A stretch of 27,063 bases of DNA from Promethearchaeota archaeon Loki_b32 (lineage in GTDB: Archaea > Asgardarchaeota > Lokiarchaeia > Sigyniarchaeales > SOKP01): positions 1 through 27,063 of the forward strand of contig NJBH01000043.1 of assembly GCA_005223125.1 (NCBI GenBank), given 5' to 3'. The position numbers and the translations under genes were made by a program. Each line of letters begins with the position of its first letter. Positions within the stretch are counted from its first letter, which is position 1. Below the pieces are notes generated by a model. That model did not search any database. It had not been told where the DNA came from and saw nothing but the letters and a program-made list of their open reading frames with translations. Shown one piece after another: positions 1-9,391 of this stretch.

Positions 1-5
1 AAGAA

Positions 6-389
6 ATGTTAAAATGGTTAGAAAAATATTTTACACCTGAAGGAGCTATAAAAGAAGCACCAGAAGTTGAAGAAAAACCAGCTGAAGGTGAAGAAAGAAC
101 TTTAGAAACTAAGTATAAGCTAGCTTGTACACAATGGGAAGATAACCTGCAAGATTGTATAAATTATGGTGAAGAACTAAAATCTAAATATGGCAGCCCA
201 AAATTTTATAGTACAATTAATAGCGCGTATATTTGTAAATTAGGATTAAGTTATTATCAAGAAGATAGATATAAAGAAGCTTATGAAACTTTTATTATAT
301 TAATTGGAAAAGAAGGTGAAAAATATTTATGTGACCGTGTTCCTTTAACAGCTCGGAGAGATTTTGCTTTGGGTATGATGGCTAGTTAG
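6..389 (+). CDS. Hypothetical protein, probably the C-terminal part of a longer ORF, with one TPR-like helix pair
   Basis: The frame is open to the window edge (GAA precedes the ATG at 6). It has an E/K/P-rich linker and a TPR-like segment, LGLSYYQEDRYKEAYETF. It ends 5 bp before the next ORF. Confidence 0.5.
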   Translation: MLKWLEKYFTPEGAIKEAPEVEEKPAEGEERTLETKYKLACTQWEDNLQDCINYGEELKSKYGSPKFYSTINSAYICKLGLSYYQEDRYKEAYETFIILIGKEGEKYLCDRVPLTARRDFALGMMAS

Positions 390-394
390 TTTAA

Positions 395-1000
395 ATGAAA
401 CTCCTTAAAAATAAAAAATTCTATGTATCAATTTTAATAGATTTTTCTTTTTTATTTATTTTATACTTTTTTGTTTTATTTATTATTAAGAAAATACAAA
501 GTTATGCTTTAAAATTACAAGACTTTGGTCTGAATTTAAAACAAGCTGAGTCTATAATACAACAGAATGCCAGTTTATTAGATTATAATTTGTTATTAAA
601 TAATGTAGAACTAATAAATCAGGTGATTCAGAAAGTTTTAATCTTGTTCTTTTTATTATTGGTTGGAAGTTTTTTGATGTATATTTTATTCCAAGGAACA
701 CAGTGGAGTTTTATTTTAAGCAATCTTAAAAATTTCAAGAAATATTTTTGGAAATTCAGTTTAGTAAGTTTTGTCAGTTTTTCATTAAGTTTGTTGTTTT
801 TATATTATATTCTATTAAATGTTAGAATTATATTTGTTAATTATTTAACTGGTGTTTCTTTTTATAGTCCTATAATTAAGATTGTTTTATTAATTGTTTT
901 AACTGAGCCAAGAGCCTTTGCAATAGCTTCTGCAGCTTTATTTTTTTCGGCTACTATTATGGTTGCCATTATGGTTTTTTATTTACATGATATATTATAA
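395..1000 (+). CDS. Multi-pass membrane protein of unknown function; the C-terminal ~33 aa are probably artefactual (antisense of the topA fragment)
   Basis: Four or more long hydrophobic segments. The tail TEPRAFAIASAALFFSATIMVAIM is the reverse-complement reading of the topoisomerase N-terminus at 969-900. Confidence 0.55.
   Translation: MKLLKNKKFYVSILIDFSFLFILYFFVLFIIKKIQSYALKLQDFGLNLKQAESIIQQNASLLDYNLLLNNVELINQVIQKVLILFFLLLVGSFLMYILFQGTQWSFILSNLKNFKKYFWKFSLVSFVSFSLSLLFLYYILLNVRIIFVNYLTGVSFYSPIIKIVLLIVLTEPRAFAIASAALFFSATIMVAIMVFYLHDIL
862..969 (-). pseudogene. topA: 5' fragment of a type IA DNA topoisomerase (TOPRIM N-terminus), truncated at a sequence junction
   Basis: Manual translation from the ATG at 969 gives MATIIVAEKNKAAEAIAKALGSVKTINKTILIIGL* (TAA at 864-862). 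The first 21 aa match the hhhAEKxxxAxxIAxxLG start of Topo I/III. AT-rich promoter-like DNA lies upstream (970-1132). Confidence 0.75.
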
Positions 1001-1132
1001 TATAAGTAAATTTTCGAAGATCAAATAATATATTATAACAGTTAAATAAATTACTGGTTGTTATTAAAAGAAAAATACTGATTTATTATTTTGATTATTA
1101 AGAGATCTTCAATTCTTTTTGGCTCCACAATT

Positions 1133-4100
1133 TTAAATTGGTAGCGTGAATGTGAAGGTTGTTCCTTTATTAATTCCATCTGAATCAGCGTGAATTTCAC
1201 CACCATGAGCATTCACTATTCCCTTGGTGATGTAAAGTCCTAATCCTGTACCACTATCCTTAATATGGATACTCTCATTAGGAATTGGTTGTTTAATTCT
1301 CTCAAATTTTTTGAATAACTTTCCTAATTCTTCTTCAGTGAGTCCAATTCCATTATCCTTTACTTCAAAAAGATATCCTTCATTCATTTTTTTAGCTGAT
1401 ATTTCAATCCAACCATAATCAGGTGTAAATTTAATAGCATTTGAGATTAAATTAGTAAAAACAGTAAAAATACGTGTCGTATCCACATTTAACATTATTT
1501 CATGATTGATATTTAATATTATCTCGAGATTTTTCTCATTAATCAGATAACTTAATTCATCAAGACAATCATTTATGATATTACTTACATTAATTTGTTC
1601 TTTTTGAAGTTGTAATTTATCTTCATCAATTTTCATGACTTCTAAAAGTTGATCCATTAAAACTTCTAATCTATTAACGTTTCTCTGCACAGTTAATAAG
1701 TCAGTTGTAATTTCAGGATTAAGTTGACTTCTATGTTTCATCAAAATATAGTCTGTATAACCTGAAATAGAAATTAATGGTGTTTTTAATTCATGTGCGG
1801 CCATTGAAATGAAATCATTTTTTACCTTATCTAGTTTTTTTAATTCAATATTTTGTATTCTTAATTTCTTCTCAGATTCTAATAACTCCTGTTCTAATCT
1901 AAATTTCTCAGTAATATCAGAGAACGTTCCTTCAATGGCAATTGGGTTATTATCATCATCTTTTATTAAATGAGCATTCACTTGAACAACAATTTGTTCT
2001 CCGTTTTTCTTTTTAAAGGGTACTATATAATTTCTAATAAATCCATTTTCAAGTAATTCTCCGATATATTCTTCTCTGTCAGCCATATCTTCCCAAAAGA
2101 ATGGTACATCTTTCCCAAATAACTTTTCAAAGGGTTCATATCCTGCAATTTTAACGAATGCGGGATTATGATATATTATTTTACCCTCCCATTCTACTTT
2201 ATAATATCCCTCATCTAAATTAGTTATCATATTTCGAAAATTTTCTTCGGATTCTTTCAATTGATTTTCAATTTTTCTACTTTCAGTGATATCTCTTATG
2301 ATTGTGATAATTTGGGTAACTCTACCTTCATTAAAGATTGGGATTTTCCGAGTTTCTGTAAATATTTCTTTTTCATTTAATAATATGCTGCCTTCTTCAG
2401 TAAGAAGAATTTCTCCAGTATTAAAAACTTGTTCATATTCATTGCGAACTTCATCAGGTAAGAACGGAAATGCTTCAAATACATTTCGACTTACGATCTT
2501 CTTATCAAGCCCTAAATCAACGAGCCAATGGTCAAATGCAGCATTTGAAAGAATTATCCTTAATTCTCTGTTAACAACATGTAGTGGATCATTTAAAGAA
2601 TTAATAGTTGTACGATATTGCTCTTCAGATTCGATTAAATCTTTAGTTCTTTCTAATACTTTTTGTTCCAATTCTCTATTTAACGTTTTTAGATCTTCTT
2701 GAGATTTTTGTAACTCTTGTTCAGCAATTTTTTTCTCCGTAATATCTTGTATTAATACTTGAAAAAAAGTCTCACCCCCAATTTCGACAAGTGAATCATC
2801 AATACTTATCCATATTAAACGTCTGTCTTGTGATCGAGAAATTTGAACCTCGATTGGTTCTGGGACAATTCCATTTAGGATATCTTGATATCTTTGCTTA
2901 AATAGAGATAAAGCTTTTTCAGGTTTTATACTCACATCTAAGAAATTTTTATTTATGAGATCTTCAATTTTTCTATTAAATAATTTTTCAGTGGCGGGAT
3001 TACAATCAATTATTACCCCTTTTTTATTGATTAAAATGATTGAATAGGATGAACTCTCGAATAAATGTCGATACTTTTTTTCAGATTCCGTTAATTTTTG
3101 TTCAGTTAATTTCCTAAGTGTTATGTCTCTAGCTAAATTTAAGATTTTGGTTACTTTTCCGTCTTCTTTCAATGGTACAGCATTTACTTCATATTCAAAA
3201 ATTTCACCTCGAGTTGTTTTGGCCTTGATTTCAACTCCTTTAATCTCTTTCCCTGCTTCTATAGCAGCCCCAACCTCCCTTAATTCATTAATATTATCAC
3301 TAGCTAAAAAGTGGGAATAATTCACACTTTTAACCTCTTCCAATTTCATTCCAATGCGTTCTAATAATGCGGGATTCATATCTAAAATATCTCCTTTTAC
3401 GTTAGTTAAAAATATATAATCTGGACTTGAATTGAATATTGTACGATACTTTTCTTCTGATTCTTTAATTTTCTGCTCCAAGATAAATTTCTCTGTAATA
3501 TTTCTCGCTAAACCACTAAAACCAATTTTAATACCTTCTGAGTCATATATTAAATATACAGAAGATTCACAAATAACTAAATCTCTATTTTTTTTTCGAA
3601 ATTGATATTGAAAATTGGATTTTGGTTGGGAGGTTTGATAAACTTCATTATAAACTCTAAAAATTTTGTTTTTATTTTCTTCATCTACAAAATTACGATA
3701 ATTTGTACCGAATAATTCACTTTTAGAATATCCAATAAGGTCAATAAAAGCATCGTTGAAAAATGTAAAATTCCCTTTTAAATCGACTTCAAAATAAGTC
3801 TCTTTAATATTTTCTAATATACCACGATATTTTTCTTCAGATTCTTTTAATTTTTGTTCACCAATTTTACGAATTGTAATATCTTCATAGGTAACTAGGA
3901 TGCCTACTACATTACCTTTTGAATCATGTAGAGGAATTCTGTTAACCTCATACCAAGATTGCTTACCTTTGACAAAATTTAATGATTCAATAACATTATA
4001 TTCTGGTTTATCATTTCTTATAACCTCGTGTTCTTTATTTTTTAAAGATTGTAAATTCTCTTTATACCAAATTAGATCTTCATCTTTTCTTCCAATAATA

Positions 4101-4693
4101 CTAGTAGGCTCTTCTATATTATTTAAGAGTGCAAAATTTTTGTTACACCCCATATAGACCAGATTTGTATCTTTCCAATAAATTAATTGAGGTATATTAT
4201 CAAATACCAATTCTAACATTTCTGTTGTCTGTTGCACAACGTTTATTCCTTTTCTTGACTGAAGTAATCTCCAAAACTGTATTTCTGGTAAAGAATCAGT
4301 TATTTCTCCGAAACGAGTTTGACTTTCTTTTAAATCGAATTCAAATTTTTTAAATTTGGTAATGTCTCGACAGATTAAAAAAACTTTTTTACAGTTATCT
4401 TCACTGTCTATGAAACTCTTTCCTTTAATTTCAAACCATCTGAACGGCTTACCATCATATTTAATTTGGGCATCCTCAGATCCATAACCTGTTTTAAAAA
4501 TATCTTTTAACAAGTTAGATACTCTTTTGAAATCCTGTGGATGTACATAATCGTTAATTTTTTTCTTATAATTAGATTGTTGAAAATTATTAAACTCACA
4601 CTGATACTTATCATTAAGAATAAATATAAGATCATCAATATTTTCAGAGAAAATCTGCCCAATTTTACTATGATTTCTAAAAGTGCTTGTCAT
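1133..4693 (-). CDS. Soluble multi-PAS (about 7 PAS/PAC) sensor histidine kinase (HisKA + HATPase_c)
   Basis: Repeated PAS/PAC units end in (R/E/S/Q)DIT or RNIT, with ESE(E/K)xYR linkers. H-box AAHELKTPL, N-box NLISNAIKF, G1 DNGIG, G2 GTGLGL. No transmembrane helix. SD-like GAGGT lies upstream. Confidence 0.95.
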   Translation of the reverse strand: MTSTFRNHSKIGQIFSENIDDLIFILNDKYQCEFNNFQQSNYKKKINDYVHPQDFKRVSNLLKDIFKTGYGSEDAQIKYDGKPFRWFEIKGKSFIDSEDNCKKVFLICRDITKFKKFEFDLKESQTRFGEITDSLPEIQFWRLLQSRKGINVVQQTTEMLELVFDNIPQLIYWKDTNLVYMGCNKNFALLNNIEEPTSIIGRKDEDLIWYKENLQSLKNKEHEVIRNDKPEYNVIESLNFVKGKQSWYEVNRIPLHDSKGNVVGILVTYEDITIRKIGEQKLKESEEKYRGILENIKETYFEVDLKGNFTFFNDAFIDLIGYSKSELFGTNYRNFVDEENKNKIFRVYNEVYQTSQPKSNFQYQFRKKNRDLVICESSVYLIYDSEGIKIGFSGLARNITEKFILEQKIKESEEKYRTIFNSSPDYIFLTNVKGDILDMNPALLERIGMKLEEVKSVNYSHFLASDNINELREVGAAIEAGKEIKGVEIKAKTTRGEIFEYEVNAVPLKEDGKVTKILNLARDITLRKLTEQKLTESEKKYRHLFESSSYSIILINKKGVIIDCNPATEKLFNRKIEDLINKNFLDVSIKPEKALSLFKQRYQDILNGIVPEPIEVQISRSQDRRLIWISIDDSLVEIGGETFFQVLIQDITEKKIAEQELQKSQEDLKTLNRELEQKVLERTKDLIESEEQYRTTINSLNDPLHVVNRELRIILSNAAFDHWLVDLGLDKKIVSRNVFEAFPFLPDEVRNEYEQVFNTGEILLTEEGSILLNEKEIFTETRKIPIFNEGRVTQIITIIRDITESRKIENQLKESEENFRNMITNLDEGYYKVEWEGKIIYHNPAFVKIAGYEPFEKLFGKDVPFFWEDMADREEYIGELLENGFIRNYIVPFKKKNGEQIVVQVNAHLIKDDDNNPIAIEGTFSDITEKFRLEQELLESEKKLRIQNIELKKLDKVKNDFISMAAHELKTPLISISGYTDYILMKHRSQLNPEITTDLLTVQRNVNRLEVLMDQLLEVMKIDEDKLQLQKEQINVSNIINDCLDELSYLINEKNLEIILNINHEIMLNVDTTRIFTVFTNLISNAIKFTPDYGWIEISAKKMNEGYLFEVKDNGIGLTEEELGKLFKKFERIKQPIPNESIHIKDSGTGLGLYITKGIVNAHGGEIHADSDGINKGTTFTFTLPI

Positions 4694-4871
4694 ATCTAAA
4701 AATTACCTCATATATCTTTTTGGTGTAAAAATTTTACATTATTAATAGAGAAACCTTACCTTTTCTCATATAAAAATTGTACTAATTAAAATATAATGTT
4801 TATCTATTTAGAATTTGTTTGACGCAATTTCCAAAACATACTAAAATGAAGAAATTTTTGAGGAGAATAAT

Positions 4872-5984
4872 CTAAGTTAATTTATCTACCCCACCCCTTA
4901 CAATTTTTCTCATATTTTCTTGTCTTAAAATTATCTTAGTTAATTGTTCTTGTGATTTATTGGTTAAATCAACAAATTCAGGTACAAAGTTATACTTTAT
5001 GAAAATATTTCTAATTTCTTCTGATAGTGGCCCATTTTTGATATTATTTGGATTTTCCTGAAAACTTTGAAACTGAGATTCCCATTCTTCTAAAAATTCT
5101 CTTATATTATGTTTTTCTAAAAAAATGGGTAATACCCCCAAACTATTTGGAGTTGTTACAGCAACATTAGCCCGATTGACACTGAATTTATTACCATTAA
5201 ATGAAACAGCAATACCATCCTCGTCCCTTATTCTCTGGAGCATGTTAATATCTGTGATTGAATCTCCTAATACAATCATTTCTGAGAGTGGAATTTTTGT
5301 TCGCTTTGATATTTCTTCGACAGCAACTTCTTTCCTTTTACCCCCAATGACTGATATTTGGTTCATAACTCTTATATAATTAGATTCTCGATCTCTCCAG
5401 AAAAAATTATTTAAATCAACAATAACACTCTCAAGATCTTTATTGTTAACAAGATATTTCTCAAAGATCTCTAGCATCAACGAATCAATAGAATTTGTCA
5501 TATCTCTTAATTCTTGTTTTAGCTTTTTAATGTTAAATTCTGTACAATATACATGGTCTTTTGGTATATTTAGCACTTCAGCAACAATGTATGCAAATTG
5601 TGAGTAGCTTGTAGAAACTACGAATATATCCCAATCTTTATGTAGTATCTTCATTAATTCTTTACAGCCAGGTAACAATTTGATGTTTTGCTTAGCTAAA
5701 TTTATCAATTCATTTTCATTGAAGCAGGATGCATATAAAGGAGCCATTAATCTAAGAGTATCCCCTGGTTGATACTCTGGAATGTTTAATAATTCTTTAA
5801 CTCCGGGAACATCAATAATATAATCATCGTAATTGGATATCATAGTAAAAAATTGGCTCATGTTATATCTTTGAAAATTAAACTTTGATTTTTCATTTAA
5901 TTTCCTTCCAAGTTCAGCTGCAAAATCAATAATACTAAGTGGGCCTTCAAGATCCCAACAACAACAAAATTTCTTTAATTTCAA
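4872..5984 (-). CDS. HAD-superfamily hydrolase (EhaR/COG4030-like)
   Basis: Motif I variant WDLEGPLS, the family segment YQPGDTLRL, motif II VVSTSY, motif III GGKRK, motif IV GDSITD, and AVSFNGN. Confidence 0.8.
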   Translation of the reverse strand: MKLKKFCCCWDLEGPLSIIDFAAELGRKLNEKSKFNFQRYNMSQFFTMISNYDDYIIDVPGVKELLNIPEYQPGDTLRLMAPLYASCFNENELINLAKQNIKLLPGCKELMKILHKDWDIFVVSTSYSQFAYIVAEVLNIPKDHVYCTEFNIKKLKQELRDMTNSIDSLMLEIFEKYLVNNKDLESVIVDLNNFFWRDRESNYIRVMNQISVIGGKRKEVAVEEISKRTKIPLSEMIVLGDSITDINMLQRIRDEDGIAVSFNGNKFSVNRANVAVTTPNSLGVLPIFLEKHNIREFLEEWESQFQSFQENPNNIKNGPLSEEIRNIFIKYNFVPEFVDLTNKSQEQLTKIILRQENMRKIVRGGVDKLT

Positions 5985-6117
5985 AAGAATCTTTATTTTA
6001 AAGAATAAATCTAATTAATTTATATTATAGAGAATGTAAAATCTTAAATAACTGCTTATTAAGTCTTTATTATTTATAAAAAGAACACAACCAATGATTA
6101 AATAAAAAATTCTCTTA

Positions 6118-6600
6118 TTAATACTTAGTTTTAAAGATTTCCTGGATAGATTTATTTCTTTCTCTATCCACGATTTCTTTCCATCTTGGTTCTATGACAT
6201 CAAAAGCTCTTAATGTCAAATCTCTTACATCATCATCAGAAGAAGCTAACAATGGACCTAGATATGATAGAGCTCTTTTATCTTTTATTTTTATTAGACT
6301 TTCAATAATATATATGATTCTATACTTATCTGGTTCTTCCTTTTCTCGTTCCTCGAGAAGACGTTCTATAATTCTTAAAGTTGTCCTTCCGTCACTAATT
6401 CGTCCCAATGCTTCTATAATTCTATTAATTACAATGTGATCTTTCTCTGACCTAAGAGCTCTACACATTAAATTCGTGGCTCTTCCATCTTTTAGTAATC
6501 CAAGTTGTCTTGCAGCCTCTGCTCTTTTCTTCCAATCATCATCATGGAAGAGTTGTTTTATTAAGGCATTAAATTCAGCGTTTTTTTCATGCCAATTCAT
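6118..6600 (-). CDS. HEAT-repeat (PBS-lyase-like) protein
   Basis: Repeats RAEAARQLGLLKDGRA, IIEALGRISDGRT, IIESLIKIKDKRA and DDDVRDLTLRAF. Confidence 0.85.
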   Translation of the reverse strand: MNWHEKNAEFNALIKQLFHDDDWKKRAEAARQLGLLKDGRATNLMCRALRSEKDHIVINRIIEALGRISDGRTTLRIIERLLEEREKEEPDKYRIIYIIESLIKIKDKRALSYLGPLLASSDDDVRDLTLRAFDVIEPRWKEIVDRERNKSIQEIFKTKY

Positions 6601-6695
6601 AATTCATGAATAAATTAAAAAAGATAATATTATAAGTTGATGATTATAGAATATAAAACCCTAATAAGTTCATATTATACAAGATAAAATAAATT

Positions 6696-8015
6696 TTAGC
6701 TATTTAATAGTGAATTCATATGATCAATTCGCTTTTGTAACAGTTTTCGCGTCCCTACATCCTTTCTATGAAACAATTTTCCTTCGATACACTCTACTCC
6801 CGCTTCCGCAATCTTTTCAGCATTTTCTAAAGAATCTGCAATACCTAATACTCCGATTGCTCTTGAAGTAGTAGTATAAATATTCTCACCTTCTCTATAT
6901 ACTGAAGCATAATAATATTTTGCACCTATCTCATCAATTTTCTTTTTATTAATGTTAACTGATTCATCCTTTTTAGGATTAACAGGATACCCTTCCGGAG
7001 CTAAATATTTGCACACAGTAGCTTTCTTTTCAAATTTAAAATTCTGAGATAAATTCCCATTTATTATAGCCCAGCAAATATCCACAAGGTTTCCTTGGAG
7101 AAGAGGTAAAACATTCATAGCTTCAGGATCGCCAAATCGAGAATTAAATTCAATTAGTTTCAATCCCTTTGCTGTTTTCATGAATTGTCCATATAAAAAA
7201 CCTTTGTATTCTACACCTGTTTCTGCTTTTACAGCTGCTACTGTCTTTTTCATATCTTCAAGTGCAATGTCGACGTCTTTTTGAGTAATAAATGGCATAA
7301 GATGATCTTCCAATGAATAAGATCCCATCCCTCCTGTATTTGGACCCTTATCATCTTCATACGCTCTTTTATGATCTTGAACTAAGGGTGAACCGAGAAC
7401 AGTTTTTCCATCAACAAAAGTTTGTAAAGTGAATTCTTCACCTATACATTTTTCTTCCAAAAGAAATCTATTATTATTATTCGTCAATTCTTGACAATAT
7501 TCTAAAATATCTGCTTTTGAGAAAAGGTGATCTCCATAAACTTTAACTCCCTTACCTCCAGTTAGACCCTCTGGTTTTACAACAAGACTTTCTTCCCTTA
7601 TATCTTTAATAAAACTCTCAATTCCATCCATTGAATCAAAAGCTTTACTCATAACATTTGATTTGATCTTATATTTTTCTAATAGATTTCTGGCAAAAAC
7701 TTTTGAACCCTCTAATTGAGCAGCTTCAATTTTAGGACCCACACATGGGATTCCGCCTTTTTCCAGGGCATCAACAATTCCAACAACCAATGGGGCTTCA
7801 GGTCCAATTACAGCAAAATCAATTTTATTCTCCTTACTAAAATCAATAATTTCTTTGAAATCAGTCTCAGAATGAATTTTGATTTTTATGCTTAAATCTT
7901 CTAATCCAGCATTTTTAAAACTCATAAAAGAAAACAATTTTGCTCCTCCCTTAACAAGAGTTTCCCCAATCACATGTTCTCTGGCACCATGCCCCACGAT
8001 TAAACAATTTAACAT
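6696..8015 (-). CDS. purD: Phosphoribosylamine--glycine ligase (GAR synthetase)
   Basis: GHGAREH, IGPEAPL, AAQLEGSK, GGKGV, QDHKRAYEDDKGPNTGGMGSYS and EFNSRFGDPE. Start moved from 8081 to the ATG at 8015 (MLNCLIVGHG), the usual PurD N-terminus. Confidence 0.97.
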   Translation of the reverse strand: MLNCLIVGHGAREHVIGETLVKGGAKLFSFMSFKNAGLEDLSIKIKIHSETDFKEIIDFSKENKIDFAVIGPEAPLVVGIVDALEKGGIPCVGPKIEAAQLEGSKVFARNLLEKYKIKSNVMSKAFDSMDGIESFIKDIREESLVVKPEGLTGGKGVKVYGDHLFSKADILEYCQELTNNNNRFLLEEKCIGEEFTLQTFVDGKTVLGSPLVQDHKRAYEDDKGPNTGGMGSYSLEDHLMPFITQKDVDIALEDMKKTVAAVKAETGVEYKGFLYGQFMKTAKGLKLIEFNSRFGDPEAMNVLPLLQGNLVDICWAIINGNLSQNFKFEKKATVCKYLAPEGYPVNPKKDESVNINKKKIDEIGAKYYYASVYREGENIYTTTSRAIGVLGIADSLENAEKIAEAGVECIEGKLFHRKDVGTRKLLQKRIDHMNSLLNS

Positions 8016-8128
8016 AATTATCAAACAAAATAATTCTATAGTTCTATAATAACTTAAAAGGTTAAGATTTAATTTTAACATTAATTATTAACCAAATAAT
8101 TATATACTAATTTAAAATTTAGATAAAA

Positions 8129-9271
8129 ATGTCAGAAGAAAAATATAAAAAAGCAGCAAGAACGATTGTAAAAGCAGGAATCTTTCCATTTCCTATAAAT
8201 AATACTATGATGGAACTATTGAAATTATTGATTGATGAAGAGCAATTAAATTTCATAATGGCTTTTACAAAAAAACCCTCTCAAACTATGGAACAATTAA
8301 AAAAAAGGAGTAAAATGTCTAAAGATGAAATTAATACTCATGTTGATAAATTAGCTAAAAAGGGCTTTATATTTAACCAACCTAATTCAAAAGGAATTAT
8401 GGTATATAGATTAATGCCATTAGTTATGGTTGGTGCATTTGAGTATACTTTTATGAAGAAAATTGAATTTTCTAAAGAAAATGAAAAAATTGCTATATTA
8501 TTTGCTAAATTATGGGATGAATTAGCGGATTTCATCCAAGATAACTATGATATGATTCTACCTTTATTTCAAAGGATGCTTCCTTTTGATAGAACTGTTC
8601 CATTTCTAGATAAAAATATTGAAGGTGAAGAAATTCAGATTACAATTAACAAGGAATTAGAAGTTCCAGAAGAGAAAGTAATAACAACTCAAAATGTTGA
8701 AGAGATAATACAAAAGTTTGATGAGATCGCCGTAGGACATTGCTTTTGTAGACATCATCAAGATCTATTAAGTAATCCATGTAAACAGACAGATATTAGA
8801 GAAAATTGTTTTACTTTTGGAAAATCTGCAAAATATGTGGCTGAACAAGGTTTTGGAAGAATGATATCGAAACAGGAAGCACTAACAATATTGAAAGCTT
8901 CTGAAAAAGATGGATTAGTTCACAAAGCTTGGCATCCTCACTCTGATATTTCAAAAGCAGAGACCAGTATTTGCAATTGTTGTAAATGTTGTTGCGGGAT
9001 TTTTGATTGGTGGAGAAAAGGAACTACGGCTATAATAAACTCAACTAATTTCTTATCCTATATTGATAAGAACATGTGTATTGGATGTGGTACTTGTATG
9101 GAGAAATGTCCTGTAGACGCAATCCAAGGAGATGATAATAATAAGGCAGAACGAACTGCAGAATGGTGCATAGGTTGTGGAGTTTGTGCTCATTTCTGTC
9201 CAGAAAATGCCATTTCATTGTTAGAAGGAATGAGAACCGTGTTTGTACCCCCTCCTAGATTAAGAAAATAG
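8129..9271 (+). CDS. Fe-S protein: N-terminal winged-helix-like region, Cys-rich core and C-terminal 2x[4Fe-4S] ferredoxin domain
   Basis: CIGCGTCMEKCP and CIGCGVCAHFCP; core motifs HCFCRHH and ICNCCKCCCG; wHTH-like TMEQLKKRSKMSKDEINTHVDKLAKKGFIF. Confidence 0.88.
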   Translation: MSEEKYKKAARTIVKAGIFPFPINNTMMELLKLLIDEEQLNFIMAFTKKPSQTMEQLKKRSKMSKDEINTHVDKLAKKGFIFNQPNSKGIMVYRLMPLVMVGAFEYTFMKKIEFSKENEKIAILFAKLWDELADFIQDNYDMILPLFQRMLPFDRTVPFLDKNIEGEEIQITINKELEVPEEKVITTQNVEEIIQKFDEIAVGHCFCRHHQDLLSNPCKQTDIRENCFTFGKSAKYVAEQGFGRMISKQEALTILKASEKDGLVHKAWHPHSDISKAETSICNCCKCCCGIFDWWRKGTTAIINSTNFLSYIDKNMCIGCGTCMEKCPVDAIQGDDNNKAERTAEWCIGCGVCAHFCPENAISLLEGMRTVFVPPPRLRK

Positions 9272-9299
9272 AATAGATCCAAATCTATTACCTTTTTTT
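9272..9299 (+). terminator. Hairpin followed by a U-tract directly after the Fe-S gene
   Basis: AATAGAT-CCAA-ATCTATT (7-bp stem, 9272-9289), then ACC and T7. Confidence 0.5.
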
Positions 9300-9391
9300 A
9301 CATCCACACCTAAAATTTGGGAGTTCGATAAATTAATTATTAAACCAATGATTCCTTAGCTTAGTTATTACAATAAGATCACGTTTTAACA

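Noticed and set aside
1-1132. Recognisable mobile element at the topA junction
   Set aside because: No integrase, transposase, terminal inverted repeat or tRNA att site is visible in the window, so it is reported only as a junction.
4872-5984. Energy-converting hydrogenase (Eha) locus
   Set aside because: Only the HAD-fold EhaR-like gene is present. There are no hydrogenase or antiporter-like subunits.
8016-8081. 22-aa N-terminal extension of PurD in the ORF track
   Set aside because: PurD homology starts at the ATG at 8015. The extension is AT-rich divergent-promoter DNA.
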